This document shows positions 58,803-64,000 of a stretch of 64,000 nt of DNA, one piece after another; within the stretch, counting starts at the first letter, position 1, and every line of letters begins with the position of its first letter. The notes below the pieces were generated by a model. It saw only the letters and a program-made list of their open reading frames with translations, was not told the origin of the DNA and did not search any database. The DNA is from Pseudomonadota bacterium (GTDB lineage: Bacteria; Pseudomonadota; Alphaproteobacteria; Thalassobaculales; Thalassobaculaceae), in contig JAYYDT010000047.1 in NCBI GenBank assembly GCA_036160575.1, positions 2,293 through 66,292 of the forward strand, read 5' to 3'. A program made the position numbers and the translations under genes.

Positions 58803-58963
58803 TAGCGGGACCTCCCTGGGGCGCGATAACGCTTGACTTCGGGCGGCGCCGGCGCTTTTTTCGGTGCGCAATTGCAAGTCAATCGCATTCAATCCCTTTG
58901 CCAAGGCCAAAGCCGCGATGTTGTTGCCGCGCCTCTCCGCCCCCGTTCGCCGCGCGTGGACCG

Positions 58964-60643
58964 ATGACTGATGTGACGCCCGAGATGACGGCGCGGGCGC
59001 GTCCCGCCGGCGCGCCATGGTCGGTCCTGGCCATGGCCGTGGCGATGGTGGTCATGCTGCCGACTTTGGCGATCGTGTGGGTGGCGTTTTTCCCGGCCGA
59101 GAATATCTGGCCGCATCTCTTGGAGACCGTGTTGCCGGTCTATCTGCGCAACACTTTGGTCCTGATGTGTGGGGTCGGCGTCGGTGTGCTGGCGGTCGGC
59201 ACCGGCGGCGCCTGGTTGGTGGCGATGTGCGATTTTCCGGGTCGGCGGATGTTCGAGTGGGCCTTGCTGCTGCCCCTGGCGATGCCGGCCTACGTCATCG
59301 CCTACGTTTACACCGACCTATTGGAATACGCCGGCCCGTTTCAAACTTGGCTGCGCACGCTGTTTGGCTGGCGCGCCAAAACCGACTATTGGTTTCCGGA
59401 AATCCGCTCGATGGGCGGCGCCGTGGCGATGATGACCTTGGTGCTTTACCCTTATGTCTACGCGATGGCGCGGGCCGCCTTTATCGAGCAATCGGTCGGC
59501 GTGCTGGAGGTCAGTCGCACTCTCGGACGCGGGCCCTGGCGCGCGTTCTTCGAGGTCGCCCTGCCCCTGGCGCGGCCGGCGGTGATGGTCGGCCTGACGC
59601 TGGCGCTGCTCGAGACGCTAAATGATTTCGGCACCGTCGATTACTTCGCGGTGCGCACTTTGACGGCCGGTATTTTCGACGTTTGGTACGGCATGGGTAA
59701 TGCCGGCGGCGCCGCCCAAGTGGCCGTGGTGATGCTGGTTCTGGTCTTGGGCTTGATCACGCTCGAACGGTTTTCCCGCCGCCGCCAACGCTTTCACCAC
59801 ACCACCAGCCGCGTGCGCCCGGCCGCGCGCCAACGCCTGAGCGGATGGGCCGGCGCGGCGGCGGCGGGCCTCTGCGCGCTGCCTATCGTCATCGGTTTCC
59901 TGCTGCCGGGCGGGCGCTTGGCCTATTACGCGGTGGTTCATTTCGAGCGGTCGTGGAGCCACGCCTTCCTGGAATTGGCCGCCAACAGCTTGACCATGGC
60001 GGCGGCGGCGGCGGTCATCGCCACCACCGTTGGCCTGGCCATGGCCTATGCCTGTCGCCTCAGGCCCAGCCCGGCGGTGCGTGGCGCGACGCGTTTGGCG
60101 ACTCTCGGCTACGCCGTGCCAGGGGCGGTGTTGGCGGTCGGGGTGATCCTGCCGCTGGCGGCCTTCGACAATATTGTCGACGGCGCCGCGCGCGCCTATT
60201 TCGGGCTGTCGACGGGTCTCTTGCTAAGCGGCACCGTGGTTGCCTTGCTGTTCGCGTACACCGTGCGGTTCGTGACCGCCGCCCATGGCGCCGTCGACGC
60301 CGGCTTGGCCAAGATCACGCCGTCCATGGACATGGCCGCGCGCACCCTTGGCAAAGGGCCGGGCCAGACCCTGCGCCTGGTGCATATGCCGATGATGCGC
60401 GGCAGTTTGCTGACCGCCGTGATCCTGGTGTTTGTCGACACCATGAAGGAACTACCGGCGACCCTGGTCCTGCGGCCGTTTAATTTCGAAACCTTGGCGA
60501 CCCATGTCTACCAATTCGCTTCCGACGAGATGTTGGAGGATTGCGCCCTCGCCGCCCTGGCCATTGTGCTGACCGGGATCCTGCCGGTGATCTTGCTGAG
60601 CCGGACCATCACCGGCGGCGGCGCCGACCGGCGCGTGCTGTGA
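58964..60643 (+). CDS. ABC transporter permease, duplicated-domain Fe(3+)/thiamine-type (FbpB/ThiP-like)
   Basis: About 559 aa with two MetI-like halves. Each half has an EAA-type loop (first half VSRTLGRGPWRAFFEVALPLARPA, second half AARTLGKGPGQTLRLVHMPMMRGS). Start set at ATG 58964. Confidence 0.85.
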   Translation: MTDVTPEMTARARPAGAPWSVLAMAVAMVVMLPTLAIVWVAFFPAENIWPHLLETVLPVYLRNTLVLMCGVGVGVLAVGTGGAWLVAMCDFPGRRMFEWALLLPLAMPAYVIAYVYTDLLEYAGPFQTWLRTLFGWRAKTDYWFPEIRSMGGAVAMMTLVLYPYVYAMARAAFIEQSVGVLEVSRTLGRGPWRAFFEVALPLARPAVMVGLTLALLETLNDFGTVDYFAVRTLTAGIFDVWYGMGNAGGAAQVAVVMLVLVLGLITLERFSRRRQRFHHTTSRVRPAARQRLSGWAGAAAAGLCALPIVIGFLLPGGRLAYYAVVHFERSWSHAFLELAANSLTMAAAAAVIATTVGLAMAYACRLRPSPAVRGATRLATLGYAVPGAVLAVGVILPLAAFDNIVDGAARAYFGLSTGLLLSGTVVALLFAYTVRFVTAAHGAVDAGLAKITPSMDMAARTLGKGPGQTLRLVHMPMMRGSLLTAVILVFVDTMKELPATLVLRPFNFETLATHVYQFASDEMLEDCALAALAIVLTGILPVILLSRTITGGGADRRVL

Positions 60644-61860
60644 CGGGGGCGACGCGCGCCGCCGACCGGGCGGTTTACGGCCGCCTCTCGTTTTTCTACG
60701 CCAGCTATTTCTTGCTGGCCGGCTTGATGCTGCCTTATTGGCCGGTGTGGCTCAACGCCCGCGGCCTGTCGGTGACCGATGTTGGGCTGGTGCTGTCGGC
60801 CAGCTATTGGCTGAAAACCGTGGTCCAGCCGCTGATCGCCCGACGCGCCGACCAGGCCGGCGAAAACCGCCGGATCATGGTGATTCTGGCCGCCCTGGCC
60901 GTGCTCGCCATGGCCAGCCTGACGGTCGGCGAGAGCTTGTGGCTGGTCGCCCTGATGGCCTTGGTGGTGGCCAGTTTTCAGCACGCCATCCTGCCCCTTG
61001 GCGAAAGCGCGGTGCTGGCGACGACGGCGGCGCGCGGCTTGGATTATGGGCGCATTCGGCTGTGGGGCTCTGTCACCTTCATCATCGCCTCGGTGGCTGG
61101 CGGCCTCTGGCTAGAGCGCTTCGCGCCGGCGAGCTTGATTTGGTTGTTCCTGATCGCCATGGGAGCGGTGATTCTGGGCTGCCTCTGGATGGTGCCGGCA
61201 CGCCGCACGCCGGCGGAAATCCATTGGCGGGAAATGGCCGGGTTGATCGCCGAACGCCGCTTTTTGGTGTTTTTGGCGGCGGTCGGCCTGACCCAAGCCA
61301 GCCACGCGGTAATGCTGGCCTATGGCGCGCTGTATTGGCTGGACCTCGGCATTTCGGAAAATCTGGTGGGCCAGCTTTATGGCGCCGGGGTGGTCGCCGA
61401 AATCATTCTTTTCGCGCTCATCGGCAAGCTGGCGCCCGGCCTATCGCCGGCGCGGTTTATCGCCTTCGGGGCCTTGGCCGGAGTCATCCGCTGGCCGTTG
61501 ACCGCGATGCTCAGCGACCCGCTGTGGCTATTTCCCTTGCAAAGCTTGCACGCCTTGACCTTCGGCGCCACCCATCTCGGCGCCATGGCCTTTCTCAGCC
61601 GGCATGTGCCGGCGCGGCTGTCGGCGACCGGCCAGGCACTGTACGCGGCGATGATCGGCGGCGTGCTGATGGGGGCGGCGATGGCGGTCTCGGCGCTGGC
61701 CTATGACCGGTTGGCCGGCGACGCTTATTGGGTGATGGGGCTGTTCAGCCTGGCCGGCTTGGTCGCCGCCGCGGTGTTGGCGATGATCACGCCTCGTCCG
61801 CCGCTTATTCCTCCGGCGCGGCCGCGTGGCGCCGCAGGATCGGGCTCAGCGCGACACTGA
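60640..61860 (+). CDS. MFS transporter (MFS_1_like / 3-phenylpropionate-type PPP family)
   Basis: YGRLSFFYASYFLLAGLMLPYWPVWLNARGLS is the typical N-terminus of this family, with 12 hydrophobic segments. The proposed GTG 60640 overlaps the permease stop (GTGA). Confidence 0.72.
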   Translation: MTGATRAADRAVYGRLSFFYASYFLLAGLMLPYWPVWLNARGLSVTDVGLVLSASYWLKTVVQPLIARRADQAGENRRIMVILAALAVLAMASLTVGESLWLVALMALVVASFQHAILPLGESAVLATTAARGLDYGRIRLWGSVTFIIASVAGGLWLERFAPASLIWLFLIAMGAVILGCLWMVPARRTPAEIHWREMAGLIAERRFLVFLAAVGLTQASHAVMLAYGALYWLDLGISENLVGQLYGAGVVAEIILFALIGKLAPGLSPARFIAFGALAGVIRWPLTAMLSDPLWLFPLQSLHALTFGATHLGAMAFLSRHVPARLSATGQALYAAMIGGVLMGAAMAVSALAYDRLAGDAYWVMGLFSLAGLVAAAVLAMITPRPPLIPPARPRGAAGSGSARH

Positions 61861-62380
61861 AAACCACCGCCGCGATGGGAATTCCAAAGGCCTTGAAGGT
61901 GACCCATTGGTCGGTGGTGAAATGGCGCCAGACGATTTCATTGGCCGCCGCCAGAGCCAGGAAAAATCCGATCCAGGCCCAGGTCAGGTGGCGCCAGCCG
62001 ATGTCGCTGACCTGGATGAAGGCACCCATGATATGGCGCAGCCAGAGGCGCCCAAGGGCCAAGCCGATGGCCAACGCCGCGGCCAGCATGACGTTAACCA
62101 CCGTCGGCTTGATCTTAATGAAAAAAGCGTCGTCGAAGATCAGCGTCAGGCCGCCGAAAATCACCACGAACAGGCAGCCGACCGCCGGCATCAGGGCGAG
62201 CCGCCGTTCCCACAGATAGGCCAGGCAAAGCGCGGCCACCGTGGCCACCACCAGCACCGCCGTGCCGGCCATCAAGCCCCAGATGTAATTGACCACGAAA
62301 AACGCCAGCAAGGGCCCGATATCGGTCAGCATGCGGCGACCTTGGCCGCTGGGCGGCGGGGCGGCGGCGGGCTCGGTCAT
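61805..62380 (-). CDS. yciB: septation protein A (YciB/IspZ family inner membrane protein)
   Basis: GPLLAFFVVNYIWGLMAGTAV...FIKIKPTVVNVMLAAAL...WRHLTWAWIGFFLALAAANEIVW matches the YciB layout. Start at 62380 (or ATG 62332). The 387-aa track ORF extension is antisense to dusA. Confidence 0.8.
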   Translation of the reverse strand: MTEPAAAPPPSGQGRRMLTDIGPLLAFFVVNYIWGLMAGTAVLVVATVAALCLAYLWERRLALMPAVGCLFVVIFGGLTLIFDDAFFIKIKPTVVNVMLAAALAIGLALGRLWLRHIMGAFIQVSDIGWRHLTWAWIGFFLALAAANEIVWRHFTTDQWVTFKAFGIPIAAVVFSVALSPILRRHAAAPEE

Positions 62381-62382
62381 CG

Positions 62383-63372
62383 TCAGGCGGCCGCCGCCAG
62401 GGGCGGCACATGGCCGGCGGCGGCCGCCACCACCTCGGGTCCGGCGCCTGGCGCGTGGGCGTGTTCGGCCAAATGCCGGCGCCAGGCGCGCGCGCCCGGC
62501 ACGCCGTTGAACAGGCCAAGCAGATGACGGGTCATCGATTTCAGCGGCACGCCAGCGGCGATTTGCCGGTCCAAATAGGGCAGCAGGCGGTCGATCACCT
62601 GGTGGCGGTCGCCGGCGGCCGGCGGCGCGCCGTAGAAGCGGCGGTCGACATCGGCCAGGATCCACGGGTCCTGATAGGCGGCGCGACCGACCATGGCGCC
62701 GTCCAGCCCATCCCAATGGCCGGCCACCTGGTCCAGATCGGTGAGCCCGCCGTTGATCAGCAGGGTCAGGTCCGGGCGGCGCGCTTTCAGGGCATGGACA
62801 CGGGCGTGGTTGAGCGGCGGGATATCGCGGTTTTGTTTGGGGCTGAGTCCCTCCAGCCAGGCTTTGCGCGCGTGCACGATGAAGGTATCGCAGCCGGCCG
62901 CCGCGACAATGTCGATGAACCTGTCGAAATCGGCGCCCTCGTCCTGGTCGTCGACGCCGATCCGACATTTGACCGTCACCGGCAGGGGCGTCGCCGCCGC
63001 CATTGCCGCCACCAAGTCGCCGACCAATGCCGGCTCGCGCATTAAACAGGCGCCGAAACGGCCCGATTGCACCCGGTCGGAGGGGCAGCCGACATTGAGG
63101 TTAATCTCGTCATAGCCATAGTCGGCGGCGATCCGCGCGGCCGCCGCCCGGCGGGCCGGCTCGGCGCCGCCCAATTGCACCGCCAGCGGGTGCTCGGCCG
63201 CATCGAAGCCGAGCAAGCGGTCGCGGTCGCCATGCAACACCGCCTCGGCGGTGATCATCTCGGTGTAAAGCCGCGCGCGCCCGGAAATCAGGCGCAGGAA
63301 ATAACGCGCGTGACGGTCGGTCCAGTCCATCATCGGGGCGACGGCGAAGATTTTTGAGGCGGCTAGCGACAT
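62383..63372 (-). CDS. dusA: tRNA dihydrouridine(20/20a) synthase DusA
   Basis: FAVAPMMDWTDRHARYFLRLIS...LYTEMITA...INLNVGCPSDRVQSG...VTVKCRIG...FIVHARKAWL. Only 2 nt separate it from yciB. Confidence 0.9.
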   Translation of the reverse strand: MSLAASKIFAVAPMMDWTDRHARYFLRLISGRARLYTEMITAEAVLHGDRDRLLGFDAAEHPLAVQLGGAEPARRAAAARIAADYGYDEINLNVGCPSDRVQSGRFGACLMREPALVGDLVAAMAAATPLPVTVKCRIGVDDQDEGADFDRFIDIVAAAGCDTFIVHARKAWLEGLSPKQNRDIPPLNHARVHALKARRPDLTLLINGGLTDLDQVAGHWDGLDGAMVGRAAYQDPWILADVDRRFYGAPPAAGDRHQVIDRLLPYLDRQIAAGVPLKSMTRHLLGLFNGVPGARAWRRHLAEHAHAPGAGPEVVAAAAGHVPPLAAAA

Positions 63373-63450
63373 GGCCCTTGGGGTAGCACGCCGGCGCCGG
63401 CGATGCATCTTTTAATGGGTGATGGGGGACGGGGCCTAAGAGGCGCCCCC

Positions 63451-64000
63451 TCACACCGCGCGCAGCGGGGTCACCCGCGGGCGGCCATCGGCGCCGCGGG
63501 TCAATTCCGCCTCGACCCCGTAGACGCGGCGCAGGCGCGCCGCCGTCAGCACCTCGGCGACCGGCCCGGCGGCGTCGACCCGGCCGTCGGCCAGGCAGAC
63601 CACATGGTCGGCGTAAATCGCCGCCAGCGAGAGGTCGTGGAGGGCGGCGGCGACCACGATCCCCTGGTCGCGCGCGGTCCGCCGCAGCAGGTCCAAGACC
63701 GTCAATTGGTGGCGCACATCGAGGGCCGCCGTCGGCTCGTCCAACAGCAGCACGCGCGGCTCGCGAAACAGCGCCTGGGCCAGAAACGCCAATTGCCGCT
63801 GACCGCCGCTGACCGCGTCGAGGCCACGCTCGGCGAGATCGGCGAGCCCGAAACCGGCGAGTTGGTCGATGGCGGCGGCGACGGTGGCCCGCGGCACCGC
63901 CCAACTCAGGCTGTCCAAACGGCCGAGCAGGACCAGTTCGATCAGGCTGAGCGAGGTCGCCGCCGCGTTATCCTGGGGCATGTAGACGATGCCACCGCGG
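63451..64000 (-). CDS. ABC transporter ATP-binding protein (iron-siderophore/heme/cobalamin FecE-HmuV type); 5' end lies outside the window
   Basis: LSGGQRQ-type signature (VSGGQRQLAFLAQAL), Walker B (LLLDEPTAALD) and H-loop (AALHDL). The frame stays open to the window edge (..RGGIVYMPQD..). Confidence 0.85.
   Translation of the reverse strand, partial: RGGIVYMPQDNAAATSLSLIELVLLGRLDSLSWAVPRATVAAAIDQLAGFGLADLAERGLDAVSGGQRQLAFLAQALFREPRVLLLDEPTAALDVRHQLTVLDLLRRTARDQGIVVAAALHDLSLAAIYADHVVCLADGRVDAAGPVAEVLTAARLRRVYGVEAELTRGADGRPRVTPLRAV

Noticed and set aside
58743-58824. The tandem repeat considered as a CRISPR array.
   Set aside because: The units are 12 nt and directly abutting with no spacers, and there are no cas genes nearby. 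It is a simple tandem repeat.
62381-62968. N-terminal extension of the yciB ORF to 387 aa.
   Set aside because: It is an Arg/Pro/Gly-rich sequence antisense to dusA. YciB homology begins at about 62332-62380.

Overview
GC-rich chromosomal segment. Gene content and order point to an alphaproteobacterium (Rhodospirillales-like order mraZ...ftsZ-lpxC-bamD-recN-ligA), which is an inference from synteny only. Bases 1-25.9 kb are core housekeeping genes. They hold a complete division/cell-wall (dcw) cluster, mraZ-rsmH-ftsL-ftsI-murE-murF-mraY-murD-ftsW-murG-murC-murB-ddl-ftsQ-ftsA-ftsZ, tightly packed with many 4-nt ATGA/GTGA start-stop overlaps, followed by lpxC, bamD, recN and ligA. The rest of the window is mostly metabolic and transport genes: FAD oxidase, acyl-CoA dehydrogenase, 2-hydroxyacid dehydrogenase, SDR, IPMDH-family dehydrogenase, CoA-transferase A/B, class III and class V aminotransferases, ADP-forming acyl-CoA synthetase, molybdoenzymes, an ABC permease and an MFS transporter. 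Three small accessory patches interrupt it. (a) 25.9-27.7 kb: an islet between ligA and tsaC with an RNAP-alpha-CTD-like mini-protein, an AT-rich tract, a basic-tailed hypothetical protein and an orphan ParA-like ATPase. (b) 39.9-41.5 kb: an antitoxin-rich island with orphan HicB, a HigB-2-like toxin broken by two single-base frameshifts in A-runs next to an intact HigA-2-like antitoxin, and an orphan HigA-type antidote. (c) 48.0-51.4 kb: a miniature CheZ-like protein and a CYTH-CHAD protein whose stop codon overlaps the start of a second small ParA-like ATPase. I rate the CYTH-CHAD/ParA pair the best candidate for an undescribed system (a possible polyphosphate-granule or other cargo-positioning module), but that is inference, not demonstration. 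I recognised no rRNA, tRNA, CRISPR array, transposase or integrase. Many long antisense ORFs in the six-frame track are high-GC artefacts.
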